The notes: a model not told the origin generated them from the sequence alone. Positions 19,643-27,684 are shown, counted from the stretch's first letter. The stretch: 64,000 bases of DNA from Candidatus Brocadiia bacterium JP1 (GCA_051388875.1 JBMFFR010000006.1:12109-76108); one strand, 5' to 3'. Made by a program: numbers and translations.

Positions 19643-21394
19643 ATGAAGGTTTTACTTTTGTTTCCACCCTCCTGGCTTCCGTCTCAGCCCTTTCTAAGTC
19701 TGCCAGCGTTGACCGGGTTTCTGAGGGCGCAGGGGGTTACCGTAACCCAGCGCGATATTAACATTGAGTTTCTGGATGCCCTTTTTTGTAAAGAAAGGGC
19801 GGAGGAATTTTACTCCCTGGTAAAGCAAGAGTTAAATAAGGGGCCGGGGCATTTCCATCCCGAAAAATATAATCTTTTGCAAGAGGCGACACACTACTTA
19901 CCCATCTTGGCTGAAAATATAGATGCGGCCAAGGGGACACTCAGGTCTGAAGATTTCTATGACGTTGAGAAGTACATTGAATCCTTGGGCATAATGGATA
20001 AGTATCTGGAGCTTGTGGGGGCATTATATTATCCCTCTACTTTCTCTACCTATAACAATAACACAAGATACTCAGTTTATTCCTCTCCTGATTTAATCTC
20101 AGCCTTGCAGGATGAAAAGGAGAACCTCTTTTTAGGGTTTTTCAGGAGACATTTATTAAATTCTATCTTAAATGAAAGACCAGATATAGTGGGTATATCT
20201 ATCACCAGTACCTCTCAGCTACTGCCCGGTCTTACACTGGCCAAACTTATCAAAGAAGCTAATCCAGACGTCCATCTAACAATAGGGGGTAGTATTTTCA
20301 CCAAACTTATTGATAACCTGCTGATGGGAGTAGATGTTTTCTTTAATTTCGTGGATAGTTTTGTGGTCTTTGAGGGGGAGCATGCCTTATTGGAACTGAT
20401 TAACCAGCTTTCTGGCCAAAAGGACCTGGGTAAGGTGCCCAACCTTATATACAAAAAGAATGGGAACGTTACTATAAATGAGCCTTTTTATATTGAGGAT
20501 GTAAGCAAGTTGCCAACCCCGGATTATAGTGGCCTTCCTTTTGGATTTTACCACTCACCAAAGGCGGTGCTGCCGGTACAAACCTCCAGGGGCTGCTACT
20601 GGGGGAAGTGTACGTTCTGTAACCTGCACTACGACCATCGTTACTACCGTCCAAGGGGGATAGACGTTATTGCCAATGACATCAAAACCCTTAAGGAAAG
20701 GCATGACACAGAGTATTTCTTTTTTGCAGATGAGTGTATCCCTATAAGTACCCTTAAGCGCCTGGTAAAGGAACTTCCCAGGTTGGACATAAAGTGGATT
20801 GGTGGGGTAAGGTTTGAGGATGGACTGACAAGGGAGCTCATAAGGGATATGCATAACGCCGGCTGTTTAAAACTGGTATTCGGCATGGAATCCTATTCCC
20901 AAAGGGTGTTAGACCTCATGCAAAAGGGTACAAAACGCGAAACCATCAAGAGAATACTGGACGACTGTCTGGAAGAAGGAGTAGCAGTTCACCTCTATAC
21001 AATAGTAGGCTTCCCCACAGAAACAATATTAGAGGCAATTGAGAGTGTAAATTTTATCTTAGAAAACCAGCGCCTGGTATCCTCCCCTGGTTTTTCCTTC
21101 TTGCCATGCCTATACGAAATGGAGAAACATTCCCCCATAACCCTGAATCCTGGGATCTACGGGATACGGCGGGTTATGGCTCCAAAAAAGGACGACCTTG
21201 GTCTTGGTTACGCTTACGAGGCAAGGGAAGGACTGAGCCCAGAGGAGGCCGAGTCCCTCCACGAGGCTATGCTAATGAGGGTAAACGAAACAGTTTCGCC
21301 ATTGCCCTATAACTACTCAATGTCTGACGGGCTACTTTACATTGACAGGCATAGTACCCAATCAGGGGTGGCCAAAACTACAAAGCAGCCATAA
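19643..21394 (+). CDS. B12-binding-domain radical SAM enzyme (class B), substrate unknown
   Basis: 583 aa. The N-terminal flavodoxin-like B12 domain (MKVLLLFPPSW...) is followed by the cluster motif SRGCYWGKCTFCN at nt 20594-20620 and a TIM-barrel-like remainder. Confidence 0.8.
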   Translation: MKVLLLFPPSWLPSQPFLSLPALTGFLRAQGVTVTQRDINIEFLDALFCKERAEEFYSLVKQELNKGPGHFHPEKYNLLQEATHYLPILAENIDAAKGTLRSEDFYDVEKYIESLGIMDKYLELVGALYYPSTFSTYNNNTRYSVYSSPDLISALQDEKENLFLGFFRRHLLNSILNERPDIVGISITSTSQLLPGLTLAKLIKEANPDVHLTIGGSIFTKLIDNLLMGVDVFFNFVDSFVVFEGEHALLELINQLSGQKDLGKVPNLIYKKNGNVTINEPFYIEDVSKLPTPDYSGLPFGFYHSPKAVLPVQTSRGCYWGKCTFCNLHYDHRYYRPRGIDVIANDIKTLKERHDTEYFFFADECIPISTLKRLVKELPRLDIKWIGGVRFEDGLTRELIRDMHNAGCLKLVFGMESYSQRVLDLMQKGTKRETIKRILDDCLEEGVAVHLYTIVGFPTETILEAIESVNFILENQRLVSSPGFSFLPCLYEMEKHSPITLNPGIYGIRRVMAPKKDDLGLGYAYEAREGLSPEEAESLHEAMLMRVNETVSPLPYNYSMSDGLLYIDRHSTQSGVAKTTKQP

Positions 21395-21399
21395 TAAAA

Positions 21400-21552
21400 G
21401 AGGCATCTGCAAAACTTGATGTCATTCTGAGGGAGCAAAGCGACCGAAGAATCTCTAGACCCTTCGCTTTAGCTCAGGGTGAAACGAAGCGTCAGATTCT
21501 TCGGTGCTTGCAGTACCAGAGAAGGGCTTCTTCTAGTGTTTGCAGAAGCCGC
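21400..21552. repeat. Nested-palindrome intergenic element, copy 2
   Basis: The left end GAGGCATCTGCAAAA matches copy 1 at 13/15. The inner unit is GTCATTCTGAGGGAGCAAAGCGACCGAAGAATCTCTAGACCC, with its inverted partner ...GTCAGATTCTTCGGTGCTTGC. The right end is GTTTGCAGAAGCCGC. Confidence 0.75.
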
Positions 21553-21723
21553 AAAGATATTAAAAAGAAAGCCTTGCGTCCACACTTTACCAAGAGAGAT
21601 ATGGGGGGTGAGATTTGAAAACCTCCCCCTTGCCCCTTTTTAACTAGGGAAAGAACTCACGCAATGTTCTAAATTAAAGGTTCGATAAGGCCGTAGTTAA
21701 TAATGGCTTTAAACCTCAATCCT

Positions 21724-21968
21724 TTACTCTTCAAAGATGACCCAACAGCCACCCTTAACATCAGGAATTACCACAAAATCGCCACTGTGGATACCTTCTG
21801 CATTAAGGTACTCTACTACCTCTGCACATGTAGCAAATTTGGGTGAGATTAACCATCTGCCCCTATGGGCCCCGGCCTCTTTAGTACCCAGGGCGTAACC
21901 CGCCAGTAAGATAACACAAACAGTAAAAAGAGTATCAGTCTCTTAAGATTTTGATTTAATAAACTCAT
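21724..21968 (-). pseudogene. Small secreted-protein gene split by a frameshift (pseudogene, recoding or assembly error)
   Basis: The ATG at 21966-21968 overlaps the barrel-gene TGA (ATGA) and follows ggagcgaaagag. That frame gives [22 protein letters not shown]... and stops at 21849. A second frame is open from 21942 to 21724 and gives ...LFTVCVILLAGYALGTKEAGAHRGRW...GIHSGDFVVIPDVKGGCWVIFEE. Both frames are hydrophobic where they overlap, around a T5 run. Confidence 0.35.
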
Positions 21969-22801
21969 CTCTTTCGCTCCTTTCTATTGAACATGTTTTT
22001 AAATGCCATGCCGAACCCGTGCACTAAAGCTATCCTAAAGGTAACGTCGTCGGCCTCCTCGGTCAGCCCGGCCCCAATACCCGCCTTTAGCACGGTATCC
22101 CCTTTAATATGCCAATACACTCCGGGGACTACCTCAACCCTGGGGTCCGCGCCCAGGTCAAAATTCCCTTGAAACTCAAGTCCCCCCTCAAACCTGCGTC
22201 TAATAGGTGGTATAAAAGGTCCTTTAACTCCAAACTTCCAATTAACTTCGGAAGAGTCTCCAAGATGCATCTCACGTTCGTAGGAAAGATTTGTTGTAAT
22301 ATCTAACCAACGGTTAATTTTCCTGCTTATAATGCTCGTGAAGGTCAGCAGGTCAGTCCCATCCAGGACATCCTCACTTTTACCAGTAGGATACTCATAA
22401 CCCATAGAAAACCCGAGGTCTATCGGCAGTTCTCCCCTCTCTAGAAGTTTATACTGTAAGCCCACCGTCCCTGCCTCAATGAAAGGGCCAACGCCTATTA
22501 CATCCAGGAGGTGAAAGTGTAAGTCTAACATTAGATGGTCTGTGATACCGTAAAGGAAGGTGGGAGTAAATTCCCATTCGTTATCAGCAGAATTTTCGGT
22601 ATCTGGATCAAAGTAATCAAAGCTGGTTATGTTCACCACTTCCCCTTTATGGGTAACTTCATAGCTCTCTATTATCAACCATTCTTTGGCGTGATGGGCG
22701 AAAGCGGGAGTTGATAGCACAAATATTAAAATCGTGCTACCCAATATCAAAATTTTTTTATTCCAGTTCCTTACCGGTAGTAGCAATAGCCAGTTTGCCA
22801 T
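21965..22801 (-). CDS. Outer-membrane beta-barrel protein (MetA-pathway/'transporter'-like family) with an HH motif after the signal peptide
   Basis: 278 aa. The signal peptide ...LSTPAFA is followed by HHAKE, and alternating beta-strand patterns run throughout. ...[10 protein letters not shown] resembles a C-terminal OMP signature but is followed by [11 protein letters not shown]. The N-terminus overlaps the nikR 3' end, and an internal TTG start is possible. Confidence 0.6.
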   Translation of the reverse strand: MANWLLLLPVRNWNKKILILGSTILIFVLSTPAFAHHAKEWLIIESYEVTHKGEVVNITSFDYFDPDTENSADNEWEFTPTFLYGITDHLMLDLHFHLLDVIGVGPFIEAGTVGLQYKLLERGELPIDLGFSMGYEYPTGKSEDVLDGTDLLTFTSIISRKINRWLDITTNLSYEREMHLGDSSEVNWKFGVKGPFIPPIRRRFEGGLEFQGNFDLGADPRVEVVPGVYWHIKGDTVLKAGIGAGLTEEADDVTFRIALVHGFGMAFKNMFNRKERKR

Positions 22802-23180
22802 GTTTGACTCCTCTGGTGCTAATTAATTTATCTGCAATCTTCTTTATGTCCCTTGCCTTTCCCTTCACTACCAGTACTTCCAGGCAGTTATGTTCATCAA
22901 GGTGGATATGCGTTGTGGAGACTATAGACTGGTGGTGGCGATGCTGTAGGTCTGTCAGGACGTGGGTAAGTTCTCTGGCGTGATGGTTATAAAGCAGGGT
23001 TACGGTCCCTACCGTCTCTTTATCCCCCGCCTCCCATTCGGCCTGGACAAGGCTATCCCTTATGAGGTCCCGAATTGCCTCTGAACGGTTAGTGTAACCC
23101 TTCTTGCCTATAAGTTTATCAAAATCCTTGAGTAGCTTTGGGCTCAAGGATACCCCAAATCTAACCAGTCCGTTTTCCAT
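22758..23180 (-). CDS. nikR: Nickel-responsive transcriptional regulator NikR
   Basis: [42 protein letters not shown] forms a ribbon-helix-helix domain. The C-terminal metal-site residues are ...[37 protein letters not shown]. The start is taken at the ATG at 23178-23180. Confidence 0.9.
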   Translation of the reverse strand: MENGLVRFGVSLSPKLLKDFDKLIGKKGYTNRSEAIRDLIRDSLVQAEWEAGDKETVGTVTLLYNHHARELTHVLTDLQHRHHQSIVSTTHIHLDEHNCLEVLVVKGKARDIKKIADKLISTRGVKHGKLAIATTGKELE

Positions 23181-23191
23181 GTGAGTGGTGT

Positions 23192-23210
23192 TATCTTTTT
23201 TAAAAAGATA
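23192..23210. promoter_or_regulatory. Perfect 9+1+9 palindrome TATCTTTTT-T-AAAAAGATA immediately upstream of nikR (candidate operator)
   Basis: I read it directly. The arms at 23192-23200 and 23202-23210 are exact reverse complements. It lies 12-30 nt upstream of the nikR ATG. Confidence 0.35.
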
Positions 23211-23244
23211 GCACAATATTTATTGTTGTCAAACTATTTATTAT

Positions 23245-23395
23245 GAGAGCTCTGAAAAGACTGAAAAAGAGGCACCTGGTGTCATTGCGAGTGAAGTGAA
23301 GCAACCTCATGTCTTTTCGTACACACCTGTCAGGAGATTGCTTCGGGACTTTACTCCTCACGATGCCAATCTCAGTTTGAATTTTCAGGGACCTC
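23245..23395. repeat. Nested-palindrome intergenic element, copy 3 (GTCATTGCGAG variant)
   Basis: The left end GAGAGCTCTGAAAAG matches copy 1 at 12/15. The inner unit is GTCATTGCGAGTGAAGTGAAGCAACCTC (23281-23308), with its inverted partner GAGATTGCTTCGGGACTTTACTCCTCACGATGCC (23334-23367). The right end is TTTTCAGGGACCTC. Confidence 0.7.
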
Positions 23396-23427
23396 AACGG
23401 GGTTATTGAAAGAATACGTGAAAGCCT

Positions 23428-23470
23428 ATAATCCCCCTTAGTCCCCCTTTAGAAAAGGGGGAGGTAATTC
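23428..23470. repeat. G/C-run hairpin repeat (TCCCCCTTT-aga-AAAGGGGGA type)
   Basis: aatcccccttagtccccctttagaaaagggggaggtaattccc contains a 9-bp stem. The same motif class recurs at 24688-24706 and 24729-24755. Track ORFs here translate it as ...PFSKGGLRGI. Confidence 0.6.
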
Positions 23471-23790
23471 CCTCCAGGGAAGGGTGAGGGTGAAATGAAC
23501 CCCCGCACCTCAATCCTACCAAGAGAAGGAAAAAAGTAAGTAACGTGCACGCTTTTAAATTGCTGTATTGATTTGTAAATAATGGCATGGTACAGTTTTG
23601 TCCAGAAGTTATCTAGTGATATGTTATGCTGAACTCGTTTCGACACTGTTTGTCACTTTGAACTTGTCTCAGGGTCTAAGAGATGCCGAAACAAGTTCGG
23701 CAGACAGGGAAGGCAAAGAGGAATACCAAAACAAGTTTGGGGTTACAGAACAGTATTTTTGTAGAGCTCTTAACAAGGGGAGGGAGAAAG

Positions 23791-24678
23791 ATGAGAATTA
23801 TAACCTTTATTACCTGCTTCTTACTGTTTTCCTTCTTATCCTTTAGCCTTCTAAATCCTGTTTTCGCAAAGGACGCCGAGGCCCATCTTAAGCGAGGTAA
23901 TGCCTATCTTGAAAAAGGCCAGTATGATAAGGCTATCTCTGAATACACCAAAGCCTTAAAGATTAATCCAGGGGATGCTGAGACCTACAACAAGCGTGGG
24001 AATGCCTACAGTAAAAAGGGCCAGTTTGACCTGGCCATGGCTGACTTCAATAAGGCACTGGAGATTAACCCGGAATATGCTGAGGCCTACTACAATCGTG
24101 GGAATACCAGCAAAGATAAATACCTGTACGTCCTGGACCTTGACCCCATTAGTAGACGTTACGACCCGGCCATAGCTGACTTCAGTAAGGCCCTGGAGAT
24201 TAACCCGGGGTATGTTGAGGCCTACCTCAGTCGTGGCCTTGCCTACAAGGGGCAAGAGAAGTTTGACCTGGCCATGGCTGACTTCAATAAAGCATTGGAG
24301 ATTAACCCGAGGGATACTGAGGCCTACCTCAGTCGTGGCCTTGCCTACAAGAGGCAAGAGAAGTTTGACCTGGCCATGGCTGACTTCAATAAGGCACTGG
24401 AGATTAACCCAGTACATGCTGGGGCCTACTACAATCGTGGGAGTGCCTACAGTGATATGGGCCAGTTTGACCAGGCCATAACTGACTACAACAGGGCACT
24501 GGAGATTAATCCAGGGGATGCTGTGGCCTACTTCTATAAGGGTTTGGCTTGCGAGAAGGCGGGTCGTAAAAAGGAAGCGGTGGAGGCTTACAAGGCATTT
24601 ATTCAGTATTCTCCGCCTCAAAACTCTCTCTTTATATTACATGCAAGCAAGAGTATAGAGGAGTTAGAGGGGAGGTAA
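23791..24678 (+). CDS. Secreted TPR-repeat protein
   Basis: I start it at the ATG at 23791 (RBS aaggggaggga; MRIITFITCFLLFSFLSFSLLNPVFA signal). It contains ~8 TPR units with the recurring ...FDLAMADFNKALEINP... Two units are a near-identical 102-bp tandem duplication. Confidence 0.85.
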   Translation: MRIITFITCFLLFSFLSFSLLNPVFAKDAEAHLKRGNAYLEKGQYDKAISEYTKALKINPGDAETYNKRGNAYSKKGQFDLAMADFNKALEINPEYAEAYYNRGNTSKDKYLYVLDLDPISRRYDPAIADFSKALEINPGYVEAYLSRGLAYKGQEKFDLAMADFNKALEINPRDTEAYLSRGLAYKRQEKFDLAMADFNKALEINPVHAGAYYNRGSAYSDMGQFDQAITDYNRALEINPGDAVAYFYKGLACEKAGRKKEAVEAYKAFIQYSPPQNSLFILHASKSIEELEGR

Positions 24679-24687
24679 TCCCCCCTA

Positions 24688-24755
24688 CCCCCTTGAGGAA
24701 AGGGGGAGAAGTAAATAGATTGGGTTAATAATCCCCCTTTATTAAAGGGGGATTA
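24688..24755. repeat. Two G/C-run hairpin repeats downstream of the TPR gene
   Basis: CCCCCTTgaggAAAGGGGG lies at 24688-24706. The 27-nt perfect palindrome TAATCCCCCTTTAtTAAAGGGGGATTA lies at 24729-24755. Confidence 0.65.
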
Positions 24756-24817
24756 AAAGATTATAGACTTTAGCCCTTGTTTTCAACCCTCCTCTACTAT
24801 AATATTTAAAGTGAGAA

Positions 24818-25675
24818 ATGTTAAAGCACACCTTTATCCATATCCCCGGGGTGGGAAGGCTCACGGAGCAGAGGCTCTGGGGGAGTGGCATCAGAAGTTG
24901 GGAAGAATGCCTATCAGCTATGGGAAGGGTGAGAAAACCCTCCCTTTTCCTTAAGACATTGAAGGTAATGGAACCCCACCTTGAGGATTCTTGCCGTTCT
25001 CTTTCTCAAGGAGATACAGGCTTTTTTGAAGAGTGGCTCCCAGGGGGTGAGAAGTGGAGGATGTATGCGGATTTTGCAGATAGAGCAGTCTTCCTGGATA
25101 TAGAAACCACCGGTCTTTACTCCTACTGGAACGATATCACCGTTATAGGAATCTACGACTCTAATGAACCAAGGGTATTTGTAAAAGGGGAGAATCTGGA
25201 GGACTTCCCCAAGGTAATAGAAAGTTACTCACTCCTGATAACCTACAATGGAAAGCAGTTTGATGTGCCTTTCTTGAAGGCAAAATTCCCAGGTCTGAGG
25301 CTTCCTGCTGCTCATCTAGACCTTAAGTTTTGCCTCAGAAGATTGGGGTTTTCTGGGGGACTCAAGAATGTTGAAAGGACGATGGGGATAGGAAGGGAGG
25401 GGTCCCTTATAAAAATTGATGGCTACATGGCTGTTAAACTTTGGAAAGAGCATTTAAAGGGAAACTCGTCCGCCTTACCTACTCTCATAAGGTATAATCT
25501 GGAAGATGTGGTGGGGCTGAAACCATTGGTAGCGAGGGCCTATAACATGGCCCTCAAAAAATTGCCTCTATCCATACCCTACCTCCACGAGGATGAGAGA
25601 CCGGGACTAAACCTCTCCTATGACCCTGAACTTATAGAGTGGTTAGTACGTGGCAACCACAGTATAGCTTTTTGA
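24818..25675 (+). CDS. RNase H-fold 3'-5' exonuclease-like protein (YprB-like) with an N-terminal helix-hairpin-helix-like segment
   Basis: 285 aa. FIHIPGVGRLTEQRLW is HhH-like. FLDIETTGL...LITYNGKQFDVPFL...YNLEDV carries the DEDD-type/RNase_H_2-like acidic motifs. Confidence 0.65.
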   Translation: MLKHTFIHIPGVGRLTEQRLWGSGIRSWEECLSAMGRVRKPSLFLKTLKVMEPHLEDSCRSLSQGDTGFFEEWLPGGEKWRMYADFADRAVFLDIETTGLYSYWNDITVIGIYDSNEPRVFVKGENLEDFPKVIESYSLLITYNGKQFDVPFLKAKFPGLRLPAAHLDLKFCLRRLGFSGGLKNVERTMGIGREGSLIKIDGYMAVKLWKEHLKGNSSALPTLIRYNLEDVVGLKPLVARAYNMALKKLPLSIPYLHEDERPGLNLSYDPELIEWLVRGNHSIAF

Positions 25676-25677
25676 AC

Positions 25678-26487
25678 ATGATAAAGTTAGGCACCAGTGG
25701 TTTTTCCTTTGAGGATTGGAAGGGGGCAGTCTATCCGTCTAACATAAAGAAACAAGACATGCTGTCCTATTACGAAAAGGAGATGGGATTCAAATGTCTT
25801 GAGATAAACTCCACCTACTATACCCTACCTTCCCCTAAGAGCATGGAAGGAATGGTAAAAAAGACCTCAAGGGATTTTGAGTTTACGGTGAAGGCATTTA
25901 AGGGTATGACTCATGAGATATGGGATAAAGACACAAGGGAACTCTTAGACAACGGGGAGGTATTTGAAAAATTCAATTTCTCAATTAACCCGTTGGCTGA
26001 GGCCGGGCGACTGTGCTGCGTGCTGGCTCAGTTTCCCCCCTGGTTTTATCCAAAGCAGGAGAATTTTGACTACCTTAAGGCTTTTAAAGAGAGAACGGCA
26101 GGCGTGCCCGTAGTGGTAGAATTTAGAAACCTTGCCTGGCACAAGGACTCTGTAATGGAGTTTCTCAAGAAAGAGGGGTTAGGGTACTGCGTAGTAGATG
26201 AGCCACGACTGCCCGGCCTCATGCCCTTTAACCCCAGGGCCACATCCAATATTGGCTATTTCCGTTTCCACGGGAGAAATCCCAACTGGTTTCGTGTGCC
26301 CGTGTCTGTGAGATACGACTATCTCTATAAAGAGGAAGAACTCCAGGAATTTCTCCTCCCCGTACAAGAGGTTGCAGGTGTTACGGATACCACTTTTGTA
26401 TTCTTCAATAACTGTCACGGTGGGTCTGCGGTAAAAAATGCCCTCAGATTCAGGGATATATTCCAGCTAGAATTTAAGCCCCTGTGA
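25678..26487 (+). CDS. DUF72 (YecE/UPF0759) family protein
   Basis: MIKLGTSGFSFEDWKGAVYP...EINSTYY...VEFRN.AW is the typical DUF72 pattern. The ATG at 25678 directly follows the upstream stop. Confidence 0.8.
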   Translation: MIKLGTSGFSFEDWKGAVYPSNIKKQDMLSYYEKEMGFKCLEINSTYYTLPSPKSMEGMVKKTSRDFEFTVKAFKGMTHEIWDKDTRELLDNGEVFEKFNFSINPLAEAGRLCCVLAQFPPWFYPKQENFDYLKAFKERTAGVPVVVEFRNLAWHKDSVMEFLKKEGLGYCVVDEPRLPGLMPFNPRATSNIGYFRFHGRNPNWFRVPVSVRYDYLYKEEELQEFLLPVQEVAGVTDTTFVFFNNCHGGSAVKNALRFRDIFQLEFKPL

Positions 26488-26536
26488 ACGGCCAAAACCT
26501 TTCTTGTGCATTATCCCGCCGCATCCAAGATTTGGT

Positions 26537-26566
26537 TTGACGTTGATTTGTCCAATATGCTAATAT
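26537..26566 (+). promoter_or_regulatory. Candidate promoter TTGACG-18-TAATAT ending 9 nt before the ATG (possible leaderless transcript)
   Basis: Hexamers are at 26537-26542 and 26561-26566. The start codon is at 26576 with no Shine-Dalgarno sequence between. Confidence 0.3.
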
Positions 26567-26575
26567 TTTTCAAAT

Positions 26576-27682
26576 ATGTGGAAGGGGTATTTAACAGAAG
26601 ATAGTGTTACTGACAAAAAGAAGATAGGCTATTTATCTGTACACACCCCCGAAGAGCTAATCCTTGGGATGGGGGGGCTGCCCTACCGAATCCACGGACG
26701 AAGAAAACCCGTCAAACTGGCCAATGCCTATCTACCAAAGACTTTTGACCCGTACGTGCTGGATAGCCTGGAAGGGGCCATGGATGGGGAATACAGCTTC
26801 CTTGCGGGTGTGATAATTGCAAATGTCAGCGATGCCCACCGCAGGCTTTACGATGCCTGGAGACTCTCAGGGAACCCCAAAGAGGTCTTTTTTCTGGATG
26901 TCCCCAAGGGGTCGGATGCACTGAGGGTGAAGGTCTTTTCCTCTGCCCTTTCTAGCCTGATAAAAGAGATGGAGACCGCCCTGGGTGTAAAGATATCTCT
27001 GTCGGATTTAAAAAAGGCAATAGAGCTTTGCAATGAGACCAGGGTCTTATTGCAAAGGTTGGCTGGTCTGAGGAGACAAGAGAGGCCACCCCTCTCAGGA
27101 CGTGACTTTTTTGAGGTGGTATGCTGGGCCCAAAAAAATGATAAAGCCCATGTGAACCAAACGTTGAGGAAAATCCTGCAAGAACTGGGAGTGGCGAACG
27201 GCAACGGTTCCGCTGGACCAAGGCTCATGCTTACAGGGAGTTCACCTGTCGCACCCGAACTTATATCGCTTATAGAAAAGTTAGGTGCACAGGTGGTTTG
27301 CGAGGATCTGTGTACCGGGATGCAATATTTCTCCAGCCTGGTTGAAACCAATAACTATCCGGTGTCTGGCGTACCAGAGCTAGATGCTAGAAGCCTGCTG
27401 GGTGCCCTTTCAGAGAGGTATCTGAAAATCCCGACCGCAAGGATGGTGGATACAGAGTCCCGCTGGAGATATCTTTGTAAAATGGTAGAATACTACCGCG
27501 TGGATGGTATCATTTATTTTGCCCTTAAGTTTGATGATATATGTCTTTTTGAGTATCCCTTCTTGAAAAATAAATTTCAGAAAAAAAATTGCCCTGTTCT
27601 ATTGATAGAGGCAGAAAACTTTTTGACAAGCGTTGGCCAGATAGAGACCAGGGTGCAAGCCTTTACGGAGATGCTGGTATAA
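26576..27682 (+). CDS. 2-hydroxyacyl-CoA dehydratase / benzoyl-CoA reductase (BcrC/BadD/HgdB) family subunit
   Basis: 368 aa with KKIGYLSVHTPEELILGMGGLPYRI, the N-terminal family pattern, and conserved Cys positions (VCEDLCTG). Confidence 0.75.
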   Translation: MWKGYLTEDSVTDKKKIGYLSVHTPEELILGMGGLPYRIHGRRKPVKLANAYLPKTFDPYVLDSLEGAMDGEYSFLAGVIIANVSDAHRRLYDAWRLSGNPKEVFFLDVPKGSDALRVKVFSSALSSLIKEMETALGVKISLSDLKKAIELCNETRVLLQRLAGLRRQERPPLSGRDFFEVVCWAQKNDKAHVNQTLRKILQELGVANGNGSAGPRLMLTGSSPVAPELISLIEKLGAQVVCEDLCTGMQYFSSLVETNNYPVSGVPELDARSLLGALSERYLKIPTARMVDTESRWRYLCKMVEYYRVDGIIYFALKFDDICLFEYPFLKNKFQKKNCPVLLIEAENFLTSVGQIETRVQAFTEMLV

Positions 27683-27684
27683 CT

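Noticed and set aside
23200-23646. Three 61-65-aa ORFs in the nikR-TPR spacer
   Set aside because: They are translations of the palindromic and G/C-run repeat elements (for example ...PFSKGGLRGI...). They overlap each other in different frames.
23956-24621. 221-aa minus-strand ORF (plus 23975-24175 and 24212-24481 + strand ORFs) inside the TPR gene
   Set aside because: These are open only because the periodic TPR codon pattern suppresses stops in other frames. Their translations are repetitive mirror images of the TPR repeats, and the TPR frame has a signal peptide and an RBS.
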